From positions 3,466-67,465 of the forward strand of contig CAYXFX010000001.1 of the NCBI GenBank assembly GCA_964464405.1: a stretch of 64,000 bases of DNA, in the 5' to 3' direction. Both the position numbers and the translations under genes were made by a program. The notes under the pieces were generated by a model. It was given only the letters and a program-made list of their open reading frames with translations. It had not been told where the DNA came from and did not search any database. Each line of letters begins with the position of its first letter. Within the stretch, counting starts at the first letter, position 1. The DNA is from an uncultured Candidatus Saccharibacteria bacterium. GTDB lineage: Bacteria > Patescibacteriota > Minisyncoccia > UBA11713 > 2-01-FULL-45-33. Of this stretch, positions 18,018-26,349 are shown in pieces.

Positions 18018-18440
18018 TTGATTATGTTGTTTCCAAAAAGAGTAAAATTTAGAAAATGGCAAAGAAGTGCCACAAAAAGAAAGCTTAAAGAAACGAAGGG
18101 CACGACTTTGGCGTTCGGAGCGTATGGCTTAAAAGCGGAAGAAGCTTTGTGGGTAAAATCCAAACAATTAGAATCGGCAAGGAAAGCAATGACGCATTAT
18201 GTTGAAAGAGGAGGGAAAATTTGGATCAGGATTTTTCCGGATAAGCCCATAACAGCAAAACCGCCAGAAGTTACAATGGGCGCGGGGAAGGGAGATGTTG
18301 TGGGCTATGTTTTCCCAGTACTTCCGGGCAGAATTATTTTTGAAATTGACGGAGTGCCGAAAGAAGTTGCTTACGAGGCATTAAAAAGAGCGGGAGCCAA
18401 GCTTCCTGTAAGAACAAAAGTTGTAAGCAGGGAACATTAA
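18018..18440 (+). CDS. rplP: 50S ribosomal protein L16
   Basis: MLFPKRVKFRK...L16 family. Confidence 0.9.
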   Translation: MIMLFPKRVKFRKWQRSATKRKLKETKGTTLAFGAYGLKAEEALWVKSKQLESARKAMTHYVERGGKIWIRIFPDKPITAKPPEVTMGAGKGDVVGYVFPVLPGRIIFEIDGVPKEVAYEALKRAGAKLPVRTKVVSREH

Positions 18441-18445
18441 TAACA

Positions 18446-18634
18446 ATGACCAAAATAAAAGATTTAAAAAATTTAAGCAGGGAAGATTTAAGCGCGAAAC
18501 TAAAGGAAGACAAAGCCAGGATTTTAGAGCTGCGCATGAAAAGCTACCAATCGCGGCTTAAAAATGTTAAAGAAGTAAGAAGCATTCGAAAAGATATAGC
18601 ACGGATTTTAACTTTATTAAACCAAAAGAATTAA
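18446..18634 (+). CDS. rpmC: 50S ribosomal protein L29
   Basis: size, helical Lys-rich sequence, position after rplP. Confidence 0.85.
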   Translation: MTKIKDLKNLSREDLSAKLKEDKARILELRMKSYQSRLKNVKEVRSIRKDIARILTLLNQKN

Positions 18635-18635
18635 T

Positions 18636-18863
18636 ATGCAAACACTAAAAGGGAAAATTGTTTCGAATAAAATGAAAAACACCGTTACGGTGGAAGTTTC
18701 GCGCTTAAAAAAACACCGCCGGTACGGGAAATATATGAAAATTTCAAAAAAGTACAAGGCACACACGGAAGAAAATTTATCGGAAGGAATTGATGTATTA
18801 ATAAAGTCGTCTAAACCTATTTCAAAAGATAAGAGGTGGGTTGTGGCTGGAGTGATTAAATAA
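18636..18863 (+). CDS. rpsQ: 30S ribosomal protein S17
   Basis: [17 protein letters not shown]...S17 family. Confidence 0.9.
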   Translation: MQTLKGKIVSNKMKNTVTVEVSRLKKHRRYGKYMKISKKYKAHTEENLSEGIDVLIKSSKPISKDKRWVVAGVIK

Positions 18864-18873
18864 ATACATAATC

Positions 18874-19239
18874 ATGATTCAACACCGAACAATGTTAAAT
18901 GTAGCCGATAACTCTGGAGCAAAGATTGTCCAGTGTATTAAAGTATTGGGCGGAACAAGAAGGAGATATGCGGCGATAGGAGACATTGTTGTGGTTACGG
19001 TAAAAATTGCAGAACCGAGAAAAATTGTAAAGAAAAAAGAAGTGCACAAGGCTTTGATAATCCGGCAAAAAAATGCGTTGCGGAGAAAGGACGGGTCCTA
19101 CATCCGGTTTGACGACAATGCGGTTGTTATTTTAGAAGGAGAAGAGCCGAAAGGGGGCCGCATTTTCGGTCCGGTGCCGAGAGAAATCAAAGAAAAAGGT
19201 TTTAACAAGATAGCTTCGCTGGCTGAAGAAATTGTATAG
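18874..19239 (+). CDS. rplN: 50S ribosomal protein L14
   Basis: [17 protein letters not shown]...L14 signature. Confidence 0.95.
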   Translation: MIQHRTMLNVADNSGAKIVQCIKVLGGTRRRYAAIGDIVVVTVKIAEPRKIVKKKEVHKALIIRQKNALRRKDGSYIRFDDNAVVILEGEEPKGGRIFGPVPREIKEKGFNKIASLAEEIV

Positions 19240-19285
19240 ATTATTCGTAATTTGTGGATTAGCATAAAATTAGTAAATTAACATC

Positions 19286-19594
19286 ATGCGTTTAAAAAAA
19301 GGAGATAAAGTTCAAATAATTTCTGGCAAAGACCGCGGCAAGAACGGCAAAGTTTTGGATGTGTTTCCGAAAATAAATAAAATTGTTGTTGACGGAATTG
19401 CCTTGCACCGCCGGCACCAGCGCCCGAAAAAACAGGGGCAAAAAGGGGAAATATATTCCGCGCCTTCGCCAATCGATTTTTCAAACGCTCTTCTTTTTTG
19501 CGATTCGTGCGGTAAGGGAGTGCGCGCCGGGGTTCAGGTGTTGGAAAACAATAAAAAGATACGCGTTTGTAAAAAATGTAAAAACGAAATTTAG
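19286..19594 (+). CDS. rplX: 50S ribosomal protein L24 (C-terminal Cys4 zinc-ribbon variant)
   Basis: KKGDKVQIISGKDRGKNGKV KOW motif; C-terminus CDSCGK...CKKCKNEI. Confidence 0.9.
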   Translation: MRLKKGDKVQIISGKDRGKNGKVLDVFPKINKIVVDGIALHRRHQRPKKQGQKGEIYSAPSPIDFSNALLFCDSCGKGVRAGVQVLENNKKIRVCKKCKNEI

Positions 19595-19597
19595 TTT

Positions 19598-20143
19598 ATG
19601 TTAACTATTAAAGAAAAATATATAAAGGAGGCGGTTCCGGCAATGGCAAAGGAATTCGGTTATAAATCGCTGATGGCTGTTCCGCGCATTTTAAAAATTG
19701 TCGTAAATTCCGGAATAGGGAAACTGCGGGATAAAAAAGACGCCGTCGAATCTTTAGAAAAACAACTAACTTTAATTGTGGGGCAAAAGCTTTCCCCGCG
19801 CCCGACAAAAAAAGCCATTGCTTCTTTTAAAACTAGAGAAGGAATGATTGTCGGATACAAAGCAACTTTGCGTGGAGAACGCATGTGGAATTTTTTAGAT
19901 AGATTAGTGCTTTTGGCGATTCCACGGACCAGAGATTTCAGAGGAATTTCTTTAAATGCAGTTGATCACGGCGGAAATTTGACAATAGGCATAAAAGAGC
20001 ATATTGTTTTTCCAGAGATGATCGGAGAAGACGTAAGAAGTATTTTCGGTTTTGAGGTGACTATTGTTACAAACGCGAAGAAAAAAAATGAAGCCATCGA
20101 ATTATTTAAAAAGTTAGGTTTCCCGTTTCAAAAACATGTCTAA
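19598..20143 (+). CDS. rplE: 50S ribosomal protein L5
   Basis: L5 family, operon position. Confidence 0.9.
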   Translation: MLTIKEKYIKEAVPAMAKEFGYKSLMAVPRILKIVVNSGIGKLRDKKDAVESLEKQLTLIVGQKLSPRPTKKAIASFKTREGMIVGYKATLRGERMWNFLDRLVLLAIPRTRDFRGISLNAVDHGGNLTIGIKEHIVFPEMIGEDVRSIFGFEVTIVTNAKKKNEAIELFKKLGFPFQKHV

Positions 20144-20321
20144 AACGTCAACATATGTAAGGTCTTTAAAGCCCCCAAAATTTAAGAGTCGTATCGTACG
20201 AAGATGTTTTAGGTGCGGAAGAAAACGCGGTTATATGCGTGATTTCGAACTTTGCAGGATATGTTTTAGGGAATTAGCAAACGAGGGGTTAATTCCGGGA
20301 ATTAGAAAAAGTAGTTGGTAA
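20136..20321 (+). CDS. rpsZ: 30S ribosomal protein S14 type Z (zinc-binding)
   Basis: 61 aa, CFRCGRKRGYMRDFELCRICFRE. Confidence 0.9.
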   Translation: MSKTSTYVRSLKPPKFKSRIVRRCFRCGRKRGYMRDFELCRICFRELANEGLIPGIRKSSW

Positions 20322-20325
20322 AATT

Positions 20326-20718
20326 ATGACGGATCCAATTTCGGATATGTTAATAAGGATAAAAAATGCGAGCGCGGTAAATAAGCCCGCTGTTTCTTTC
20401 GGTTACTCAAAATTAAAATTTGAAATAGCAAAAATATTAGAGAGCGAAGGATTTATTAAGGATGTAGAAAAAAAAGGAAAGAAAAATAAAAAAAACATAG
20501 AAGCCGGTTTGGTTTATGATACTGACGGGAAACCGAGATTTACAAATATCAAAAGAATTTCCAAGCTCTCAAAAAGGGAATACCGCGGCTTCAGGGAAAT
20601 TTTTGGAGTAAAAAACGGGATCGGCATCGGAGTTTATTCAACACCGAAAGGAATAAAGAGCGATAAAGAAGCGCGCAAAGAAAAAGTTGGCGGGGAAATA
20701 TTATTTGAAATTTGGTAA
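20326..20718 (+). CDS. rpsH: 30S ribosomal protein S8
   Basis: MTDPISDMLIRIKNA...S8 signature. Confidence 0.95.
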   Translation: MTDPISDMLIRIKNASAVNKPAVSFGYSKLKFEIAKILESEGFIKDVEKKGKKNKKNIEAGLVYDTDGKPRFTNIKRISKLSKREYRGFREIFGVKNGIGIGVYSTPKGIKSDKEARKEKVGGEILFEIW

Positions 20719-21266
20719 AAATTATGAGCAGACTAGCAAAAAAACCCATTAAAATACCGGAAGGAGTTAAAATTGCCAAAGAAGGAGAGCTTTGGATTTT
20801 TCGCGGGACAAAAGGGGAAGTCCAAAAAATACTGCCGGAAAATATTCAAATAGAGACTTCGGAAGACGGGCTAATATTGTCTATAAAAAAACACACGAAG
20901 GACGATAAAGCGGTTTTGGGAACATCCGCGGCTCTTATAAAAAATGCCATTTCGGGAGTTTCCAATGTTTTTGAAAAAAAATTAGAAATAGAAGGCGTGG
21001 GTTTCCGCGCGCAGGCCGATGGTGACACGCTCGTTTTGTCTCTCGGATTTACACATCAGGTCAGAATAAAAATGCCGGAAGGAATTTCATTTAAAATTGA
21101 AAAAAATGTTTTAACTGTAAGCGGCGTGGATAAGGAAAAAGTCGGAAAAATAGCTGCGGAAATCAGATCTAAAAAACCGCCCGAACCCTACAAAGGCAAG
21201 GGAATTCATTATTTAGGAGAGGTAATTAAAAGGAAAGCCGGAAAGAAAGCTGTAGCGTCCGCTTAA
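20712..21266 (+). CDS. rplF: 50S ribosomal protein L6
   Basis: two L6 repeats, operon position. Confidence 0.9.
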   Translation: MVKIMSRLAKKPIKIPEGVKIAKEGELWIFRGTKGEVQKILPENIQIETSEDGLILSIKKHTKDDKAVLGTSAALIKNAISGVSNVFEKKLEIEGVGFRAQADGDTLVLSLGFTHQVRIKMPEGISFKIEKNVLTVSGVDKEKVGKIAAEIRSKKPPEPYKGKGIHYLGEVIKRKAGKKAVASA

Positions 21267-21280
21267 TAAAAAATAAAAAA

Positions 21281-21628
21281 ATGAAAGTTCAAACAAAAAG
21301 ACAAGTCAGACACAAAAGAATAAGGGCGAAAATTAAAGGCACGAAGGAGATTCCCCGCCTTTCGGTTTATAGATCACGGAAGCATTTATTTTTGCAACTA
21401 ATAGATGATAAGAAAAACGAGACTCTTGTTGGTTTGTCAGACAAGGTTTTAAAAATAAAAAAGAAAACGACAAAATCAGAGCTCGCGCATGAAGCCGGCA
21501 AATTGCTTGCGAAAACCGCGCTTGAGATGGGAATTAAAAAGGCGGTATTTGACAGGGGGGGTTATTTGTATAAAGGGCGGATTGTAAAAGCGGCAGAGGG
21601 CGCGAGAGCAGGCGGATTAAAATTTTAA
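21281..21628 (+). CDS. rplR: 50S ribosomal protein L18
   Basis: L18 family, operon position. Confidence 0.9.
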   Translation: MKVQTKRQVRHKRIRAKIKGTKEIPRLSVYRSRKHLFLQLIDDKKNETLVGLSDKVLKIKKKTTKSELAHEAGKLLAKTALEMGIKKAVFDRGGYLYKGRIVKAAEGARAGGLKF

Positions 21629-21683
21629 GGAATTGGCTCAAAATTTATGAGCAAAGCGAAATAAATTTTGATTGCCAAACCTT

Positions 21684-21798
21684 ACCCCCTCACCAATTTT
21701 TACAAAGTATGAATAAAGATAAAAATATGTTAAAACGAAATAAAAATTATATAGCAGAAAAAAGAGCGCCAGTAGAAATTGGTGAGGGGGTGCTCAAT
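21684..21798. repeat. 16-bp perfect inverted repeat (ACCCCCTCACCAATTT / AAATTGGTGAGGGGGT) enclosing ~75 nt AT-rich loop, between rplR and rpsE
   Basis: Arms read directly; 200-nt gap where rplR and rpsE are normally adjacent. Confidence 0.6.
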
Positions 21799-21832
21799 TT
21801 TATTAGCTCACTAAAGTTCGTATAAAATTGGC

Positions 21833-22330
21833 ATGGCAAGAAGAGAATTTAGACAGCAAAAACCGAAAAGCGAATATGAGCAAAAGCTGATAGATCTTAG
21901 GCGTGTGGCGCGCGTCGTAGCGGGAGGACGGCGGTTTACTTTCCGCGCGGCTATTGTTTTGGGAAACCAAAAGGGAGAAGTTGGATTTGGTTTGGGTAAA
22001 GCCGCCGACACATCGCACGCAATAGAAAAAGCAGTGAGGATGGCAAGAAAATCACTCATCCGCGTTCCGCTTACAAAGGAACAGTCAATTCCGCACGAAG
22101 TGTACGCGAAGTTCGGCGCGGCTGAAATAATTTTGAAGCCCGCAAAAACAGGGAAAGGATTGGTTGCGGGAGGAGCCGCGCGGACCGTGCTCGCTCTTGC
22201 GGGAGTAAAAAACGCAAGTGCTAAAATTTTATCACATACAAAAAATAAACTTACCAACGCTAGGGCGACGCTAGACGCACTTAGACTTTTAAAAGAAAAA
22301 AAACAAGCAAAAGAACATGCAAGTTCATAA
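21833..22330 (+). CDS. rpsE: 30S ribosomal protein S5
   Basis: S5 dsRBD and C-terminal domain motifs (GRRFTFRAAIVLGNQKGEVGFGLGKA). Confidence 0.95.
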   Translation: MARREFRQQKPKSEYEQKLIDLRRVARVVAGGRRFTFRAAIVLGNQKGEVGFGLGKAADTSHAIEKAVRMARKSLIRVPLTKEQSIPHEVYAKFGAAEIILKPAKTGKGLVAGGAARTVLALAGVKNASAKILSHTKNKLTNARATLDALRLLKEKKQAKEHASS

Positions 22331-22724
22331 TTTATTAAAATTGGGAGAGAAAAAACACAGACGGATAGGACGCGGAGGAAAACGCGGATCTTTTTCGGGC
22401 AGAGGTATTAAAGGCCAAAAATCGCGTTCTGGGCACAGAATTCGTCCACAAATAAGGGATGTCATAAAAAAAATACACAAGCGTCGGGGATATTTTATGA
22501 CTTCTATAAAAAGAAAACTTCAAACGCTTAATTTATCTGATATTGAAAAAAATTTTAAAGACGGCGAAAAAGTTACTCCGAAAATTTTAATTGAGAAGGG
22601 TCTTATAAGAGTCGCGAAAAGCAAGCCGAAAATTAAAATATTGGGAATGGGAAAATTAACAAAAAAAGTTACATTCGATAAAAATATTATCTTTTCTAAA
22701 TCTGCAAAAACAAATGTGGAATAA
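22317..22724 (+). CDS. rplO: 50S ribosomal protein L15 (no L30 gene precedes it)
   Basis: Gly/Arg-rich N-terminus KKHRRIGRGGKRGSFSGRGIKGQKSRSG. Confidence 0.9.
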   Translation: MQVHNLLKLGEKKHRRIGRGGKRGSFSGRGIKGQKSRSGHRIRPQIRDVIKKIHKRRGYFMTSIKRKLQTLNLSDIEKNFKDGEKVTPKILIEKGLIRVAKSKPKIKILGMGKLTKKVTFDKNIIFSKSAKTNVE

Positions 22725-23979
22725 AGTTTTACTTATTTTAAAAGACCGCGATCTTCGCCGAAAATTTCTGTTTCTTTTGGGTTTTTTGGCTGTATTCCGT
22801 TTGGTTTCTTCTATTCCCGTTCCGGGGATTGACGCGTTGCGGTTGCAAGATTTTTTGGGTCAGAACCAGTTTTTTGGGCTTCTAAATATTTTTTCAGGAG
22901 GCGCCTTAAGTAATCTTTCCGTTGTTATGTTGGGAGTAGGGCCTTATATCACAGCTTCCATAATAATGCAGCTGTTGGGTATGGTTTTTCCATCCTTAAA
23001 AGAACTCTATCAAGGTGAGGAAGGAGAAGCTGGCCGTCAAAAATTTAATCAGTATTCAAGATTGCTTACAGTGCCTCTGGCTCTTGTCCAGGGCTTTGGG
23101 CTTCTTACAATTCTTGAACGCCAAGGAATTTTACAGCTTACTTTTTTTGACAAAATTACGGATTTAATTATTGTAGCTGCCGGATCAATATTTCTTATGT
23201 GGTTGGGCGAGCTAATTTCTGAATATTCCATAGGAAACGGAGTTTCTATTTTAATTTTTGCAGGAATTGTTGCTTCGCTTCCGGCAGACGTCGGCCAGAC
23301 TTTGATAAATTTCAGCTCTTCCGAGCTTCCTACACTAATTGCTTTTCTTGTTATTGCAATAATAACAGTAGCGGCAGTCGTATTTATTTCCGAAGGGGAG
23401 CGTCCGGTGCCAGTTTATTATGCCAAACGTATACGCGGAATGAAAATGTACGGCGGAGCTTCGAGCTACTTGCCGTTAAGGGTCAACCAGGCGGGGGTTA
23501 TCCCGATAATTTTTGCGTTATCAATTTTACTTTTTCCGCAAATGATTGCCAGCTTTTTTAGCGCTTCAGGAAATGCAATTTTACGCAGCGTCTCGCAAGC
23601 AATAATCAGTTTTTTAAATAATCCCTGGCCATACGCCGGAGCTTATTTTATTCTGGTGTTTTTGTTTACATACTTTTATACGGCGGTAACCTTCGATCCT
23701 CAATCGGTTTCTTCCAACTTGCAGAAAAGCGGGGCTTTTGTTCCAGGAATACGCCCCGGCCCTTCTACATCTGAATTTTTAAATAAAGTGGTTAGCCGCA
23801 TAACTTTAGTAGGGGCCCTATTTTTGGGGATTGTGGCCGTGCTTCCTTTGATTTTGCGGGCAGTTTCTGGCATACAAACTTTAACTATCGGCGGCACCGC
23901 ACTTCTCATCGTTGTTTCTGTGGTTTTGGAAACCGCAAAGCAGATTGAGGCACAGCTTTCCTTGCGCACATACGAATAG
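22714..23979 (+). CDS. secY: preprotein translocase subunit SecY
   Basis: 10 TM helices, SecY family motifs, operon position. Confidence 0.95.
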   Translation: MWNKVLLILKDRDLRRKFLFLLGFLAVFRLVSSIPVPGIDALRLQDFLGQNQFFGLLNIFSGGALSNLSVVMLGVGPYITASIIMQLLGMVFPSLKELYQGEEGEAGRQKFNQYSRLLTVPLALVQGFGLLTILERQGILQLTFFDKITDLIIVAAGSIFLMWLGELISEYSIGNGVSILIFAGIVASLPADVGQTLINFSSSELPTLIAFLVIAIITVAAVVFISEGERPVPVYYAKRIRGMKMYGGASSYLPLRVNQAGVIPIIFALSILLFPQMIASFFSASGNAILRSVSQAIISFLNNPWPYAGAYFILVFLFTYFYTAVTFDPQSVSSNLQKSGAFVPGIRPGPSTSEFLNKVVSRITLVGALFLGIVAVLPLILRAVSGIQTLTIGGTALLIVVSVVLETAKQIEAQLSLRTYE

Positions 23980-23998
23980 AGAGATAAACTCAAATTAT

Positions 23999-24601
23999 AT
24001 GGAAAATAATCCGTATAATTTTGTTTTTATTGGAAGATCCGGTTGCGGAAAGGGTACGCAGGCGGAGCTTTTGAAAAAATTGCTTGAAGAAAAATCTGGA
24101 GCAGGAAGTGTTTTATATATTTATACTGGGAACCATTTGCGCGAGTTAAAAAATCATGTAGAATTTTTAACAGCAAGATTGCTCGATGAAAAAATTTTAA
24201 AAAAAGGAGAAAAAGCACCCGATTCTCTTGCGGTTTGGGCTTATACAACCGAGCTTATTCACGGAGTTCGGGAAGATAACCACGTTATTATAGACGGGTC
24301 TCCGAGAACCGTGCTTGAAGCAAAAGCGCTTGACGAAATGTTTGATTTTTATGAAAGAGCGAATGTATTTCACATACATCTAAAAACCAGCGCGGAAAAT
24401 GTTTCGGAGCGGATGCTGAAACGCGGCAGATTTGACGACAATTCTGAAAACATAAAAAATCGCATGTCTTACTACGAAAAATATGTAGTACCGGCCATCG
24501 AGTATTTTGAGAAAGATTCAAAACATAAGTTTGTAGAAATAGACGGTGAGCAGATTATAGAAAAAGTTCACGAGGATATTGTAAAAGCGATCGGATTATA
24601 A
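23999..24601 (+). CDS. adk: adenylate kinase (short, lid-less type)
   Basis: P-loop GRSGCGKGTQ, position between secY and map; start taken at MENNPYNFVFIG, not the upstream in-frame Met that overlaps secY. Confidence 0.8.
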   Translation: MENNPYNFVFIGRSGCGKGTQAELLKKLLEEKSGAGSVLYIYTGNHLRELKNHVEFLTARLLDEKILKKGEKAPDSLAVWAYTTELIHGVREDNHVIIDGSPRTVLEAKALDEMFDFYERANVFHIHLKTSAENVSERMLKRGRFDDNSENIKNRMSYYEKYVVPAIEYFEKDSKHKFVEIDGEQIIEKVHEDIVKAIGL

Positions 24602-24677
24602 GCCCTACCAATTACTTATTTTTACTTATATGCTAATAAACATTAGTAAATTTGTAGTGATCAGCAATTAGTAGGGC
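24602..24677. repeat. imperfect inverted repeat GCCCTACCAATTACT ... AGCAATTAGTAGGGC (13/15) flanking 46 nt, abutting map ATG
   Basis: Read directly; same motif family as 6369-6449. Confidence 0.5.
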
Positions 24678-25541
24678 ATGATAATAAAAAGCAAAAAAGA
24701 ATTAGATATTTTACGCGAAGGCGGCAAGCGTTTGGCGCTTATTTTGGCTTGCATTGCGCGTCGTGCGATTCCAGGCGTTAAAACTCGGGAGCTGGATGAT
24801 TTGGCGGAGAAACTTATTTTAGAAGCGGAAGGCAAGCCGTCTTTTAAAGGATATAAAACTTTTAGCGCGCCTACGCCATATCCGGCATCGCTTTGTGTTT
24901 CAATAAATGATGAAGTGGTTCACGGAATTCCCTCGGATAAAATTTTGAAAACTGGCGACGTTGTTGGTTTAGACATTGGAATGGAGTACGAAGGTTTGTT
25001 TACGGATACTGCAACAACCATACTAATCGCAGCTGATCACCTCACTGATGGCCCATTAATCTCGCCTTCGGCGAGATCGCGAAACGCAAACCCTCCACCA
25101 GCCGCCATCAGCGAGGTATCAGCTGCTCTTAGAGATGAAGCTAATCGCCTTATCACTGCAACAAAAAAGTCTTTAGAAATAGGAATTGCGGAAGTTAAAG
25201 CGGGGGTTCATGTCGGGGATATTGGTTATGCCATTCAAAAGTATTTGGAAGGAGAAGGTTTCGGTGTTATCCGCGAGCTTGTGGGACATGGTGTGGGGAG
25301 GGCGGTACACGAAGAGCCGGAAATTCCGAATTGGGGCATGCGTGGAGAGGGGCCTGTTCTTAGAGAAGGCGAAGTTATTGCGCTTGAACCCATGGCTACA
25401 GAAAAAGGTTATAAAGTAAAAGTTGCTAAAGATAGATGGACATGGGTAACCCGCGACGGCTCCCGCGCCGCGCATTTTGAACACACTTTGGTAGTTACCA
25501 AAAATGGATCAGAAGTGTTGACTCGCAATACGAACAACTGA
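24678..25541 (+). CDS. map: methionine aminopeptidase type I with ~30-aa internal insertion
   Basis: MAP motifs (VVHGIP, GLDIGMEYEGLFTDTA, HFEHTLVVT); insertion ILIAADHLTDGPLISPSARSRNANPPPAA in a GC-rich stretch. Confidence 0.9.
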   Translation: MIIKSKKELDILREGGKRLALILACIARRAIPGVKTRELDDLAEKLILEAEGKPSFKGYKTFSAPTPYPASLCVSINDEVVHGIPSDKILKTGDVVGLDIGMEYEGLFTDTATTILIAADHLTDGPLISPSARSRNANPPPAAISEVSAALRDEANRLITATKKSLEIGIAEVKAGVHVGDIGYAIQKYLEGEGFGVIRELVGHGVGRAVHEEPEIPNWGMRGEGPVLREGEVIALEPMATEKGYKVKVAKDRWTWVTRDGSRAAHFEHTLVVTKNGSEVLTRNTNN

Positions 25542-25587
25542 TAACATTGGTACAGAGGATATTTTAAAGAAAGAAGGGTGGTTTAAA

Positions 25588-25905
25588 TTGAAAAAAATTG
25601 ACAAAGAAAAGTTGGCCAAAGAATTCGTTAAAGAGTGGGAAATGCAAGAAAAAGGACACAGTTATTTGAGACCGAGCTCGTTTAGGGTTTTCGTCATAAA
25701 ACTAATAGACCAACAACTAGTGTCTTTTTATGATTACACAGGTTCGTATGCTATTTTGGATAGAGCACGTAGCAGTCCGGTTTTTTGGGCGGATGATAGT
25801 TTGGAAGTAGTTTTTTCTGATCTCGAGTTTGCAAAACTTGTTTATGAGTATTTAACACGCAACTTGCCGCATAAAAGTTTTGGATTACACCAACGCATCG
25901 CGTAA
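25588..25905 (+). CDS. hypothetical protein
   Basis: 105-aa ORF, no recognised motifs. Confidence 0.4.
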   Translation: MKKIDKEKLAKEFVKEWEMQEKGHSYLRPSSFRVFVIKLIDQQLVSFYDYTGSYAILDRARSSPVFWADDSLEVVFSDLEFAKLVYEYLTRNLPHKSFGLHQRIA

Positions 25906-25955
25906 CGGCCCACAAAGCCGTTTTTTTATTTATAAATTTCTGATAAATTAAGGTA

Positions 25956-26345
25956 ATGTCAAAATATTTAGGAATTGACTATGGGGACAAAAGAATAGGA
26001 ATTGCAATTTCCGACGAGGAGGGGCGCTTTGCTTTTCCGAGAGATGTTGTTTTAAACGAGCAAGGCAAACTTCAGGAATGTTTGGATAAGATAATCGAAA
26101 AAGAGAACATTTCAGCGATTATAGTCGGGCTTCCTTTGAACTTTAGGATGAAAGATACTGCGCAGACCACGAAAGTTCGAAGATTCGGCAAATTTTTGCA
26201 GGAAAAATTTCACAAAGAAGTCATTTTTGAAAATGAAATTTTGAGCACGAAAGAAAGTGAGCGTTTCGGCGGCTCTACGAAAGAAATGATAGATGCTTCT
26301 TCTGCGGCTCTGATTTTGCAGAGTTATTTAAGTAGGTTAAAATAA
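25956..26345 (+). CDS. ruvX: YqgF/RuvX-like putative pre-16S rRNA nuclease / Holliday junction resolvase-like
   Basis: LGIDYGDKRIGIAISD N-terminus, AIIVGLP motif. Confidence 0.8.
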   Translation: MSKYLGIDYGDKRIGIAISDEEGRFAFPRDVVLNEQGKLQECLDKIIEKENISAIIVGLPLNFRMKDTAQTTKVRRFGKFLQEKFHKEVIFENEILSTKESERFGGSTKEMIDASSAALILQSYLSRLK

Positions 26346-26349
26346 TATT

